A stretch of 64,000 bases of DNA from a virus (Duplodnaviria > Caudoviricetes), in IMG/VR virus record IMGVR_UViG_3300037067_016777, positions 64,001-128,000 of that record, one strand, 5' to 3'. A program made the translations under genes and the position numbers. The notes below the pieces were generated by a model, which saw nothing but the letters and a program-made list of their open reading frames with translations, was not told the origin of the DNA and did no database searches. Of this stretch, positions 1 to 9,669 are shown piece by piece. The stretch's first letter is position 1, and the number at the start of each line of letters is the position of its first letter.

Positions 1-206
1 GCTTCGCTGTGGCCATTGCCCATCTTGGACAAGTGCAACCACTGACCGAACTTGCGCAGCCATTGCCCGAGTTTAGAAATGCGTTGCTCGGTCGGTGTGC
101 CAGATGAGCGGTCGTCATCGTCGTGATCAGGATATTGGACAATACTATGACACGGTTCGCACATTTTCAAATCTCCTTTGTCTATTGTATTATAGCACGA
201 CGGCAA

Positions 207-1082
207 CTAAGCGTTAACTTTTGCTTTGTTGTATCGAAAAGACCCGTCGAAAGGGGTATGCCAGCAAAATAAACATGGGTCGGTAAGTTCGAAGAATGGA
301 TTAATCTCCAGCAACTTCACCTCGACATCACGCGAATTTGGTGATCTTTGCTTAACATCTAAGAATACATCGAATACAACAGAAGTTAAAGTCGTAGCCT
401 TGAGGAATCTATGAAAAAACACGCCAATAGCCCATTCACACAAACCTGGATCAATCTCTTCAAAAACCTCGCCATCTAAATAATTATATTGCGATACGCC
501 CACAAGCTTGCGATCTTTCATAAAACAACGAAATTCTGCCCATCGTGGGATGTCTATCCATTCTCTAACCCATATGTATGGTGTATAATGCTGCTGAATA
601 GCCAGCATCAAATCTTCATAGATACGTTCAGAACAATCCAATATAAATCGCAGCGGATCTTGACCAGGCGAGATTTTGCCACTTTCCTTGTAAAGAAGAT
701 AACTATCTTTTGGCGATCTGCTGCCTAATCGGATAAACGCACCTTTTGGCATTTTATCGACAGCTTCAGATACTTCAGTCTTGATGTCAGAAATGTCGCC
801 ACGCACATAGGTTGGTTTGATGTATTCGATTTTGTTTGGCGGTTCTGGTTTTCCTGTCATTTTAGCACAACAGGCTTGTTCACTCCATTGTATAGCGAGC
901 CTGTTATGCTCTCTCTCGGCATCTGTTTGACAGAATGCTCCACCCAATTCGATAATATTTGACCCTAGTCTCTGCGGCGCATCCCCTAATAGAGGAATAC
1001 TTATAGAAGCAATGCTTAATGAATGTAGTGGACGATCCCAGTTTTCGATATATGTCGGTTTAACGATATCCCAGTAATTCAT
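207..1082 (-). CDS. Cdc123/R2K-family ATP-grasp protein
   Basis: Motifs FIRLGSRSPKD, EFRCF..RKLVGVSQY and LLEINPF match Cdc123-like ATP-grasp proteins; ATG at 1082 preferred over the TTG start at 1124. Confidence 0.75.
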   Translation of the reverse strand: MNYWDIVKPTYIENWDRPLHSLSIASISIPLLGDAPQRLGSNIIELGGAFCQTDAEREHNRLAIQWSEQACCAKMTGKPEPPNKIEYIKPTYVRGDISDIKTEVSEAVDKMPKGAFIRLGSRSPKDSYLLYKESGKISPGQDPLRFILDCSERIYEDLMLAIQQHYTPYIWVREWIDIPRWAEFRCFMKDRKLVGVSQYNYLDGEVFEEIDPGLCEWAIGVFFHRFLKATTLTSVVFDVFLDVKQRSPNSRDVEVKLLEINPFFELTDPCLFCWHTPFDGSFRYNKAKVNA

Positions 1083-1139
1083 TGTGGTAGCTCTACTTCG
1101 AAGTATAACCCGCAATGAGGGCAATTTGGCGTGATTGAG

Positions 1140-1346
1140 TCATGACGAACCGAAACGAAAAGGAGGATTATTGCCAATCTGAATGACATCATTCGGCTTG
1201 AATTCAAAGGTATTGACCAAGTCCTTGACGATAATCCCATTAATTTTCACGCCCCCTTGGATCGCGACTCGACGTCCTTGTGATATACTGGTAGTATATC
1301 CGAGATAGTCGAGAAGTTGCGTAATAGTCCCCTGGAATGTTGTCAT
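1140..1346 (-). CDS. Stand-alone S4 RNA-binding domain protein (TyrRS C-terminal-like)
   Basis: SISQGRRVAIQGGVKING...DVIQIG S4 pattern; GGAGG RBS upstream. Confidence 0.7.
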   Translation of the reverse strand: MTTFQGTITQLLDYLGYTTSISQGRRVAIQGGVKINGIIVKDLVNTFEFKPNDVIQIGNNPPFRFGSS

Positions 1347-1418
1347 AGCGACCCTCCATAAAATAAAAATACCTAGCAGTATTGTAATTTTGTCGGAGTG
1401 GTTTACTGTAACAACTCG

Positions 1419-1430
1419 TCGTGCTATAAT
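1419..1430 (+). promoter_or_regulatory. Recurrent promoter motif TCGTGCTATAAT (extended -10)
   Basis: Same or near-identical motif at 189-200(-), 9609-9620(+), 9642-9653(-), 17078-17089(-), 20146-20157(-), 35695-35706(+), 46655-46666(+), mostly just upstream of an ORF start. Confidence 0.7.
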
Positions 1431-1444
1431 AGATCGGAGAGATT

Positions 1445-1840
1445 ATGGTTGAGTCGACTACCTACCGAGAATTATGTGTCGCGATGATAGCTGAATTGCG
1501 AAAAACTGCCAATCTAATTGGTGGTCCGCGAACAGATCTCGCTGTTGAATCAGCGATGCGGCTACAACTGCAACTAAAGAAGATTGATAGATCTCAGTTA
1601 TCTGATTTGAGGGAAAAATCAGATAACCCTGAAGGGCTTTATCGGAAATATAACATCACAAAAGCCGATGGCAGTCCATGCAACCCAAAGGCAAAATATT
1701 TCGTTCTTCGTTTGGACTGGAATGGAAGCGATAAAGATCACGTAGAGGTATGCCGCATGGCGGCACGCACCTACATAAGAAATGCTCCAAAGCGCTTGCA
1801 AAAGGTGGCCTCCGAATTAGCGGAATGGATAGGTCTATAA
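1445..1840 (+). CDS. Hypothetical phage protein
   Basis: ORF after promoter motif with GGAG RBS; stop overlaps next start. Confidence 0.65.
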   Translation: MVESTTYRELCVAMIAELRKTANLIGGPRTDLAVESAMRLQLQLKKIDRSQLSDLREKSDNPEGLYRKYNITKADGSPCNPKAKYFVLRLDWNGSDKDHVEVCRMAARTYIRNAPKRLQKVASELAEWIGL

Positions 1841-2355
1841 TGAATATTGTTCAAAAAGCTGAACGACTCGCACGTGATGCACACGAAGGTCAATATCGGA
1901 AATATACCGACGATCCTTATATAGTGCATCCAGAAGCCGTCGCCAACATAGTGGCATCGGTCACTGACGATCCCGTTATGTTGGCGGCAGCTTGGTTGCA
2001 TGATGTCGTAGAAGACACTAATGTGACCATCGATATGATTGAGGTTGGCTTCGGACCAGAAATTGCCTCAGTCGTATCCGACGTCACAAATGTCACAAGG
2101 AAGTCTGACGGCAACCGTCAATATCGCAAGGGAGTCGAGAGGCAGCATTTAGCTGGGGCGTCTCCGAAAGCTAAAACTGTTAAGCTTGCTGACATATTGC
2201 ATAACGTTCCAGATATTATCAAGAACGATCCTGGATTCGCACGTACTTATGTTGCTGAAAAGCAGGCCGTCTTAGAGGTTCTGGTTGGTGGCGACGAAAC
2301 GCTATACGCCGCAGCAAAGCAAATCATAGACGGTTTTATGCAATTTGTGCTATAA
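1840..2355 (+). CDS. HD-domain hydrolase (RelA/SpoT HD, Mesh1-like small alarmone hydrolase)
   Basis: AHEGQYRK...PYIVHP...AAAWLHDVVEDT...VKLADILHN; ATG at 1840 coupled to upstream stop. Confidence 0.85.
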   Translation: MNIVQKAERLARDAHEGQYRKYTDDPYIVHPEAVANIVASVTDDPVMLAAAWLHDVVEDTNVTIDMIEVGFGPEIASVVSDVTNVTRKSDGNRQYRKGVERQHLAGASPKAKTVKLADILHNVPDIIKNDPGFARTYVAEKQAVLEVLVGGDETLYAAAKQIIDGFMQFVL

Positions 2356-2553
2356 TTAATTGAGCATATCTATGAATTGGCGAGAACACTGGAAACAAGC
2401 GAATCCTTTTGATCAGTTTATGTGTATTTTGATGTCTGTTGACGGCAACGTCCAGAATATCAAAGATTGTATCGGCGGCGATTTACCTGTTGGTCGACTG
2501 GAGCGACATGTTGAAGAGCTACGTGCTTTAGAGCCTTACTTGCGTCGAGGGTC

Positions 2554-3012
2554 GTGGGAATGACGAAGTTGTATATTCTGCGTGATGATATTACTGTATA
2601 TTGCGGTGATAAAGAGTGCTTGTATCCCAATTGGGCTGGTACACCGTGTAGAAGCTTAGCGACTGTATGGAGTAATGCCAGTGAGGTTGCACAGGCTTTG
2701 GTGAAGTTGTCTGTCAACAACAAAGTCTGTGTTGTTGAATTCAGCGATGAGAAGACATGTTTGTTCCAGACATGTGAGAGCGAAGTAATTCATGTTAGCG
2801 GCGATCAAGTTGTGGTTGTAATAGCCATCGACGACGATTTAGTTGAACAAAAGTATGGCACGTCACAATTTATAGATGGTCGTATACCACAGAAGGGCGA
2901 TATGCTCGAAATGCGTGTCCAATTCATCAAGCTCGACTCACAGGAACACGCACAACCAGGGCAAATATCTAAACCACGAAAGAATGTTGTGCCACTTCCA
3001 CGCACATTTTGA
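2554..3012 (+). CDS. Hypothetical protein
   Basis: 152-aa ORF continuing the + strand run, followed by a hairpin. Confidence 0.55.
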   Translation: MGMTKLYILRDDITVYCGDKECLYPNWAGTPCRSLATVWSNASEVAQALVKLSVNNKVCVVEFSDEKTCLFQTCESEVIHVSGDQVVVVIAIDDDLVEQKYGTSQFIDGRIPQKGDMLEMRVQFIKLDSQEHAQPGQISKPRKNVVPLPRTF

Positions 3013-3019
3013 ATACGCA

Positions 3020-3051
3020 ACCGCCCCATAAGCCTAAGCAAATGGGGCGGT
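3020..3051. terminator. GC-rich hairpin between convergent genes (probable bidirectional terminator)
   Basis: accgccccat / atggggcggt 10-bp inverted repeat between the stop at 3012(+) and the stop at 3061(-). Confidence 0.6.
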
Positions 3052-3060
3052 GTACTATCG

Positions 3061-3486
3061 CTATGCTACTGGTGTTTCAGCAGCGGTAGCAGCTTCAGCA
3101 GCGGTAGCAGCTTCAGCAGCGGTAGCAGTTTCGGCGGTAGCAGTTTCGGCGGGTGTTTCCACTGTTACTATGATATCCTCCGGAGTTCCGGCAACAATGT
3201 TTAATCCGGCCGCTACGCCACCAACCACTTCTATGTCAACCATACCAGAGATGGTCTTAACGCCCTCGCCCAAATCAGCGTCGGCTGTGATTGTGATTTG
3301 GGTCGTGCCGATTGCACCAGTCGTCGTAGCTACGCAAGTCAAGCCATCAGTTGATGGTGTAAGAGTGAGGATTGCTGGATCGGCAACAACCCAAGTGGGT
3401 ACTCCATCAACCCGTGCAGCATTACCCTTTGCGTCAACCGGGGATACTGTGATGGTAACTTTCTGAGCGTCTTTCAAAACTAACAT
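3061..3486 (-). CDS. Ig-like (Big_2-type) domain protein with Ala/Glu/Thr repeat tail, possible virion protein
   Basis: VTITVSPVDAKGN..VDGVPTW..ADPAILTL..GTTQITITAD beta-sandwich pattern; AGGAG RBS before ATG 3486 (ORF extends to 3630). Confidence 0.55.
   Translation of the reverse strand: MLVLKDAQKVTITVSPVDAKGNAARVDGVPTWVVADPAILTLTPSTDGLTCVATTTGAIGTTQITITADADLGEGVKTISGMVDIEVVGGVAAGLNIVAGTPEDIIVTVETPAETATAETATAAEAATAAEAATAAETPVA
3076..3152. repeat. Coding tandem repeat (18-nt x3 plus 15-nt x2) encoding AEAATA/AETAT
   Basis: ttcagcagcggtagcagc units visible directly. Confidence 0.85.
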
Positions 3487-3698
3487 CGCAACTTCTCCTG
3501 ATCTCGGTGATGATTCAACAGGGCCAATACGCCACCGGAAACATACGGCCTTGCGTTTACAAAACATTCCCCGGATGTCTTGAGCCAGCGACACTATTGC
3601 AGTTTTCAGCTGTATGAGCCATCTTAGCATAGTGCCCTCCTGTTATATTTACATTGTGTATTTGAACTCAAAAGCTCTACAGAACTAGATGACAAAAG

Positions 3699-4103
3699 GT
3701 GATTATGATTGACGAAGAACTCGAAGAGGATGAAGAAGTTGAACAAGCTGAGATTGAGGAGGACGGCAGCCGGATAGTAGAGATTGTGAAGCCAAAGGCC
3801 ATAATATTATATGGGCATATTAATATTGCTAGGAAAGGCATTGCATACCTCACATTAAAAAATTCAATCGGACAGGAGTCGTTTGCAGAATGCAATAAAA
3901 ATATTCTGCGAATACTCGGCATTGGTATCAAAGATGCATTTGAGATTATTATTTCTAAACCAGATGGCGTCATAACAGTTTTCATCCAATCGCCGAAGAA
4001 GAGCCAGCAGTTGTTTGATTGGCGGTTTATGCGCGAGACTGTCGAGCAGGCGTTATCAGATAATAAAATGGCCGATATTGAGGAGAAACGACATGGTAAC
4101 TGA
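3699..4103 (+). CDS. Hypothetical protein with acidic N-terminus
   Basis: 134-aa ORF downstream of a GTATTT motif. Confidence 0.55.
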   Translation: MIMIDEELEEDEEVEQAEIEEDGSRIVEIVKPKAIILYGHINIARKGIAYLTLKNSIGQESFAECNKNILRILGIGIKDAFEIIISKPDGVITVFIQSPKKSQQLFDWRFMRETVEQALSDNKMADIEEKRHGN

Positions 4104-4322
4104 AATCGAGGAACTGCGTCTCAAAGTCGCCAACCTGCAAAGGCTACTAAAATCAGTTCACAGTGTTGCTGGAGAAGCATTTGATGCTTGGGATTCTGAT
4201 AATGATATGAGAGTTGGTAAAATTCTTAATGCATTATCTGGTGGTATTCCTGGATATAGATCAGATATAGATGAAATTGTGGAAGCTGTACTTCAGATAG
4301 ACCGGTTGACTATAACCCAGCC

Positions 4323-4748
4323 TTAAAATGAAACGTTTGTCGCATTTATATCGTGCGATTTGACTTTTTCAAGTGCGTTTTGTGCTGCTGTGATGTGTCT
4401 TAAATCGAAAAATGCTGTTGCACCTGGATCTGCTTCGATACAACGAAGAAGTAAAGAAAGGGCTTTGAAAAGGTCGTCGTGGCAATTGCAAGCACAAACG
4501 ATAAACTGTGCATCTTCTTCGCTGATTTGAACGCCAGATATAGTTCCATCTTTCGATGAGTCATAGGCTGCAGAACAAATAACCGGCTTATTCTTGGCAT
4601 AAATTTCACGCCAATTCTTCGTAAAGCCGCTTTTAGTTTGTGTGTTCCTGACTTCCCAGGGTGTTGCAGTGTGCATAATCAATCCCTGAAGAGATCGGAG
4701 GGGCCGGGCTAAAATTAGCCTCACGTCACACCTCGTCTCTTTCCCCAT
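4323..4748 (-). CDS. Hypothetical phage protein (HTxTPW N-terminus)
   Basis: MHTATPW...DAQFIVCACN pattern common in small phage proteins; true start probably at the internal Met. Confidence 0.5.
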   Translation of the reverse strand: MGKETRCDVRLILARPLRSLQGLIMHTATPWEVRNTQTKSGFTKNWREIYAKNKPVICSAAYDSSKDGTISGVQISEEDAQFIVCACNCHDDLFKALSLLLRCIEADPGATAFFDLRHITAAQNALEKVKSHDINATNVSF

Positions 4749-4778
4749 TCCTAAAATACATATTGCTAGTATTTAAAT

Positions 4779-5939
4779 GTGATGAGCATAAAGGACACAG
4801 AACATCTTGGACAGGTTTTTACGCCCCAGTCTATAGTAACTCATATGCTGACGTTGCGGCAGCGTCTTGGTACTGTTCTAGAACCAAGCGTAGGCGATGG
4901 TGCTTTCTGGCAGCATTTATGCGGTGAAGATGCAGTAGGGATTGAAGTTGACCCTAAGTATTGCCCGTCAGATTGTCTTAATATAGATTTCTTCGACTAC
5001 GATATCAGCCATCGATTTAACACAATCATAGCAAACCCTCCCTATGTCGCAGGTAAGAACATCTGCGCGTCGACTAGATCGAAGCTATCTAAGTTATTCC
5101 CATTCAAAACGAACCTTTATATCCACTTCATAGCTAAATGTCTTGCACATCTCAATAGGTATGGTGAGTTAATAGTTATCACTCCACGCGATTTCATTAA
5201 ACTCACGCTCGCGGCCCCTATTAATAACTTGATGTCTTCAACCGGTTACATAACACATTGGCTCGAATTCGGTGAAGACAATCCTTTCACAGGCCCGACT
5301 GCACACAATCTTGTAATATGGAGATTTGAAAAAGATTACACTGGACATCAACTGACATTCGTGAATGATTCTATCAGAAGGATGGTTAACTCGAACGGTC
5401 AGCTGATGTTTGTGTCGGCCGATTATTCTGTTCCGTTTTCAGAATTATTTTATGTGAAGGTTGGTGCTGTTAGCGGTGCCGACAAGGTATTTGTTGATGA
5501 AAAGGGTAATCTTGATATAGTTTATTCTGGTACAGCTAGAACTGGCAAGACAAGAAAGGTCTATTATGACCATTTTGATGATCATTTGCTTGAATCAAAA
5601 GAGCGGCTAAAGACTAGACGGATCAGAAAATTCAATGACGAGAATTGGTTTAAGTGGGGACGCTCGCTTTGCGCTGATAATTCTGACAGGATCTACGTCA
5701 ATTGCAAGACACGTAGTAGTAGACCATTCTTCTTGCATCAGTGTAAGAACTTCGATGGTGCAGTATTGGCTGTGTTCCCGAAGAAAAAGATGAATTTACA
5801 AAAAGCCTGTGGCATGCTGAATGATGTTGATTGGCACGATCTCGGCTTTAGTTATGGTGGTAGATTCATTTTCAACCAGAGGGCATTAGAGAATTCATTA
5901 CTACCAGCCGACTTGGCTGCTGGGGTCTTAAATGGGTAG
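4779..5939 (+). CDS. N6-adenine DNA methyltransferase (gamma/Eco57I-TaqI-like)
   Basis: GQVFTP, VLEPSVGDGAF (SAM-binding motif I), IIANPPY (motif IV), C-terminal target-recognition region. Confidence 0.85.
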   Translation: MMSIKDTEHLGQVFTPQSIVTHMLTLRQRLGTVLEPSVGDGAFWQHLCGEDAVGIEVDPKYCPSDCLNIDFFDYDISHRFNTIIANPPYVAGKNICASTRSKLSKLFPFKTNLYIHFIAKCLAHLNRYGELIVITPRDFIKLTLAAPINNLMSSTGYITHWLEFGEDNPFTGPTAHNLVIWRFEKDYTGHQLTFVNDSIRRMVNSNGQLMFVSADYSVPFSELFYVKVGAVSGADKVFVDEKGNLDIVYSGTARTGKTRKVYYDHFDDHLLESKERLKTRRIRKFNDENWFKWGRSLCADNSDRIYVNCKTRSSRPFFLHQCKNFDGAVLAVFPKKKMNLQKACGMLNDVDWHDLGFSYGGRFIFNQRALENSLLPADLAAGVLNG

Positions 5940-6729
5940 ACACGTAAGAAAAAGCAAGCAGTGTGCTTTCTTCACTAAACCAGAGATAGCAAAACAGCTA
6001 ATCGATGAGGCACATACCGAGCGTTTCAAGCTTATCGTTGAACCATCTGCTGGTGATGGGTCATTCTCAAGACAGATTGAAGGATATCAATGGGCTCTTG
6101 ATATAGACCCGAAGCACCCATCAATAGTCAAGTGCGACTTCTTGAAATTTCAATATAAAGGTGAAATCGACCGCAAAGACATACTATGTATAGGTAATCC
6201 TCCGTTTGGTCCCAACGGCTCACTTGCACTAGCTTTCATTAAGAAATGTGCTGAGATAGCTGATACTATCGCATTTATCTTGCCGTTATCATACAAGAAA
6301 GAGAGTATGCAGGCGAGAATACCAGCGAATTATCATTTGGCAAAGCAGATCGATCTGCCATTAGAGAATGCGTTGCTCGATGGCGAACCGCAAGAAGTAC
6401 CGGTTGTGTTTCAGATTTGGGAAAATAAGTGGTATCTTCGGCCAAAACCTGTCTATATTCAACCAATCGGCTTCTCTTATGTGAAAAGAGATCAAGCGCA
6501 CTTTTGTGTCAGGCGGGTCGGAATGCGTGCTGGCAAAGCGTCTCGTGAATTATCGCCATCCATTACTGCACACTATTATATCAGACTTGATTTGGATAAT
6601 GTCGTCTGGGTTGATACGGCAATACAACAACTTAATATGGTGAAATGGGAGCATAATAACACGGTAGGTCAGAGGTCAATATCGAAGAATGAGTTAACTA
6701 GAGTATTAATTCCGATATTGATGCTTTAA
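5932..6729 (+). CDS. N6-adenine DNA methyltransferase
   Basis: FFTKP, IVEPSAGDGSF, IGNPPFG; overlaps the previous MTase. Confidence 0.85.
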   Translation: MGRHVRKSKQCAFFTKPEIAKQLIDEAHTERFKLIVEPSAGDGSFSRQIEGYQWALDIDPKHPSIVKCDFLKFQYKGEIDRKDILCIGNPPFGPNGSLALAFIKKCAEIADTIAFILPLSYKKESMQARIPANYHLAKQIDLPLENALLDGEPQEVPVVFQIWENKWYLRPKPVYIQPIGFSYVKRDQAHFCVRRVGMRAGKASRELSPSITAHYYIRLDLDNVVWVDTAIQQLNMVKWEHNNTVGQRSISKNELTRVLIPILML

Positions 6730-7520
6730 TCTTTCTCTTGCGATATTAACTTACGGATAAATGTGCCGTATGCATCCTTCATCGGTAATTCAAGTTCTCG
6801 ACGTAGCCACCTACGGCTCACCACCACCGGCTGTTGTGTGGCTTTGTTGATAGCGTGTTTTTCGTATTCCTGCCAATAGACACCTACACCGCGTTTTTGC
6901 CAACTCGGCAAGTCGTTGAAGTTGATATTGTGGTCGAATAGTAACTCGTTCTTTTGTGCGACAGTGAGACCGAGCATCTCAGACGTTGCTTTTTTCGCAC
7001 TTCTACCAGCGTTTCGAAGGCACCAGTAGCAATGCGAATTTAGTGCATTCCGACAGGCATCCTCGTTTCGCCAGCGGAAGTAATCGACGATCAGTGTTGT
7101 GGTCGGGAGCTCGGAGATTCTGCAATCGAAAGCAACTGTGTCCTTGCCGGTCGTCGCCGGAAAAAGGCCGATCAACAACGACGTGAATATCGAACTCGCT
7201 TCACTGGCCAGGACGGAAGTCAATTTACGGATCTTCCTGCCGAAGGTTTGCTCATTCAATGCGAAAAGCAGCGAAATCTCATCGCTCTCCGTGTAGCCAT
7301 AGGTGATATCAAAGCCACACTTCATCAGATGTTCAGTGGTGCTGATCATCATATCACGAAATGTAATGTCAAAAGGTACGTCGAACCTGCCGCCCTCCTT
7401 CGTCAGCCGTGTGAAGCTACGCCCGTCAAGCCGAGCGACCATACGAACACCGGGAAGGACGCAATAGTCGTGTGCTGTCTCAAACACACGCATCTTAGTG
7501 TCGAGGTCATCGAACTTCAT
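6726..7520 (-). CDS. thg1: tRNA(His) guanylyltransferase Thg1-like 3'-5' polymerase
   Basis: RLDGRSFTRLT, YTESDEISL, FDCR, YFRWRNEDA.RN, WQKRG motifs. Confidence 0.92.
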   Translation of the reverse strand: MKFDDLDTKMRVFETAHDYCVLPGVRMVARLDGRSFTRLTKEGGRFDVPFDITFRDMMISTTEHLMKCGFDITYGYTESDEISLLFALNEQTFGRKIRKLTSVLASEASSIFTSLLIGLFPATTGKDTVAFDCRISELPTTTLIVDYFRWRNEDACRNALNSHCYWCLRNAGRSAKKATSEMLGLTVAQKNELLFDHNINFNDLPSWQKRGVGVYWQEYEKHAINKATQQPVVVSRRWLRRELELPMKDAYGTFIRKLISQEKD

Positions 7521-7532
7521 TACTTCTCCAAA

Positions 7533-7859
7533 TTATTCCAATTGAACAAACTCGTAGGCGTCAAGGCATTCATTGAGCGTACACCACTTCGAACCATCGC
7601 TTATGGATAGTATCTTTTCGTCTCTCCAAGCACCTTCTGGGTCATTCGGAATAAACACGGCAGCAACGCATTGGCCGTTCTTTTCGAGTAGGTCTCGTAG
7701 TTCGCTTAATGCTTGAACCTTAGTGCAATCTTGTTTCATGACCAGCTTAAGGTGCATCGGCTTTGCGACTATTTTGAATCGCTCAAACACATCAGCACCT
7801 TGCATAAATTTCGTTATGCGTTCGTCACCAAAAACAGCAACAACAACCAATTCACGCAT
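7533..7859 (-). CDS. Hypothetical protein
   Basis: Tiles in the - strand operon. Confidence 0.5.
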   Translation of the reverse strand: MRELVVVAVFGDERITKFMQGADVFERFKIVAKPMHLKLVMKQDCTKVQALSELRDLLEKNGQCVAAVFIPNDPEGAWRDEKILSISDGSKWCTLNECLDAYEFVQLE

Positions 7860-8098
7860 TATACCCTCCTAGTACTCCATCTGGCAAAATGCTTAATGGT
7901 ACAATTGCCATCTACCCACGTTTTACGAATAAAGCGTCCGGTTTTCCTTTCACGCACTAACTTAACGTAAGCGAGGTCTGTCGGTTTATAACCATGTTTG
8001 GGAGACCAAAAGAACACAACACGACGATATGTACCATTGATACAACGATATATATCATCAACTTTTATATCGCTAGGTTTCATATATCACCTTCAAGA

Positions 8099-8332
8099 TT
8101 ACTTCACAGGGGTGAAAATTAACGATATATTTTTAGATCTGCAGTTTGGGCAATAAGCTGGTTTTGACGTCTTCCTTGATTTCCACTCATAGCCACAATC
8201 ATTACATTTCATACCACCAGCCCACACAGTTAGGTGTGTCTTTTCACCGCCCCAAAAAATTCGTCTGATCAGCAACATCAAGGGAAGTATTATAGAAATT
8301 AAAAAAGCATTCACATCTATCTCCGCATTCAA
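8099..8332 (-). CDS. Small membrane-anchored zinc-ribbon protein
   Basis: Hydrophobic N-terminus, CNDC...CPNC. Confidence 0.55.
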   Translation of the reverse strand: MNAEIDVNAFLISIILPLMLLIRRIFWGGEKTHLTVWAGGMKCNDCGYEWKSRKTSKPAYCPNCRSKNISLIFTPVK

Positions 8333-8856
8333 TCGTTACCAAACACCCACAAGTGATCGAACTCGGCAGCAGCCATTGCTGGTGTGTCGCCGGTTGCTGA
8401 TACTCCATCGAGTTCCATTACCCAATGATCGTCGACTTGCTTGATGCTAATGCCTGGCTGATGTGATGGCCGTTGGAATTCTTTGTAGTGTTGTATTGCA
8501 AGTTGGGCCATCCTTAATCGTTCTGCACACTCTGCTTGCTCTGATTGTATTCTCGTCCTCATTGCATCAACGCTTAGCAGTGCTGCATCGCGGTTGATCT
8601 CAGCAACTTCACGCTCCAATTCAGTACGGCGTAAAGATTCACCTGCTGATTTCAGCGAAATCTCTTCCATACGCTTCTGGAAGTCCGAGTAGCTGCTCGT
8701 TCCGAGCATTTTTGCAAATTTGTCTAACCGCTCTTCGGCCGCTGTGAGAATAGGGTCATATTGTGAATCTTGGTTTTGCGGCATTTCGCTCTTTCTGTGA
8801 TTGGCAGAATCTATGGATTTAATTCGGATAAAATACGGTCTGCGTCTTGTATGCAT
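8329..8856 (-). CDS. Hypothetical coiled-coil protein
   Basis: Tiles in operon; start probably at the internal MPQN. Confidence 0.5.
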   Translation of the reverse strand: MHTRRRPYFIRIKSIDSANHRKSEMPQNQDSQYDPILTAAEERLDKFAKMLGTSSYSDFQKRMEEISLKSAGESLRRTELEREVAEINRDAALLSVDAMRTRIQSEQAECAERLRMAQLAIQHYKEFQRPSHQPGISIKQVDDHWVMELDGVSATGDTPAMAAAEFDHLWVFGND

Positions 8857-9179
8857 TCCGCCATCGCATCCATATGCATCTTCTTGTAGAATGCGTAATC
8901 TTTGACGATTAACTTGATGAGCGATATGGCGTGGCTATTAACCATCGTTCCACCTGTAATCTCGCCTCTCGTCGGCGAAATCGTCAGGGTTGCAAATTGT
9001 CGCTTGCCTCTGTTGCACCGCAAATCGATATAGGCTTCTACCGATATATTACAGAATGCAGCGGCACCAGTGGGGAGGCGGCGCGGTGTGCGTATGACTA
9101 GTTTGATGTGTAGCGGCCCTAATGTTTCCTCTACACATCGCTTGACACCACGACAAAATTCTGGTGCGGTCATGCTCAT
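8811..9179 (-). CDS. Hypothetical protein
   Basis: ATGA-coupled to the upstream ORF. Confidence 0.5.
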   Translation of the reverse strand: MSMTAPEFCRGVKRCVEETLGPLHIKLVIRTPRRLPTGAAAFCNISVEAYIDLRCNRGKRQFATLTISPTRGEITGGTMVNSHAISLIKLIVKDYAFYKKMHMDAMAECIQDADRILSELNP

Positions 9180-9601
9180 GTGAATAACGTCCCTTCCATC
9201 TTACGCCGTCGTGCTTCTCCGAGACTAATGCTGAGTTCGGCAGCGATTTGCTTCATGCTCATTCCAGCAAACCTATGATCGCCCGGAGCGTTTTTTGGAG
9301 TACCATTCAGACGAATCTCTTCGTCGTGTGCTTTCTTCCATGAGATATAGGCTGAATGGTAATTTTGGAATGCTACGCACTTGGGACCTTTTCGTTCCCA
9401 TACTGGACAACCTGCACATGGATTACGCCCAGTTAATCCCATTAATGCGTAGAACATTTGTCTGAGTGAATCTGCCTCGGCTTGAATGCAGCCGTCAGAT
9501 TTCAACTGATCGAAGTCGGCACTTAGTGTTCCGACAGGCGGTAAGTACCTACTGTCTCTGAATCGTTCCTTACTTTGTGGAAAAGCTTGTTCTAATAGCA
9601 T
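9176..9601 (-). CDS. Hypothetical protein with C-terminal helix-turn-helix
   Basis: GMSMKQIAAELSISLGEARR HTH pattern; CAGC motif. Confidence 0.55.
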   Translation of the reverse strand: MLLEQAFPQSKERFRDSRYLPPVGTLSADFDQLKSDGCIQAEADSLRQMFYALMGLTGRNPCAGCPVWERKGPKCVAFQNYHSAYISWKKAHDEEIRLNGTPKNAPGDHRFAGMSMKQIAAELSISLGEARRRKMEGTLFT

Positions 9602-9669
9602 TTATTTCTCGTGCTATAATTGATGTACTTCGGCCCTATCAATTATAGCACGAGAAATAAATGCTATTA
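9593..9669. repeat. Perfect 32-bp inverted repeat with 13-nt spacer
   Basis: taatagcatttatttctcgtgctataattgat (9593-9624) / atcaattatagcacgagaaataaatgctatta (9638-9669). Confidence 0.95.

Noticed and set aside
1840-2355. DatZ dATPase of a Z-genome cluster
   Set aside because: Motifs (H.GQ.RK, PYI.HP, HDVVEDT, KLAD..N) are RelA/SpoT-HD type, and the gene is far from the PurZ-like gene
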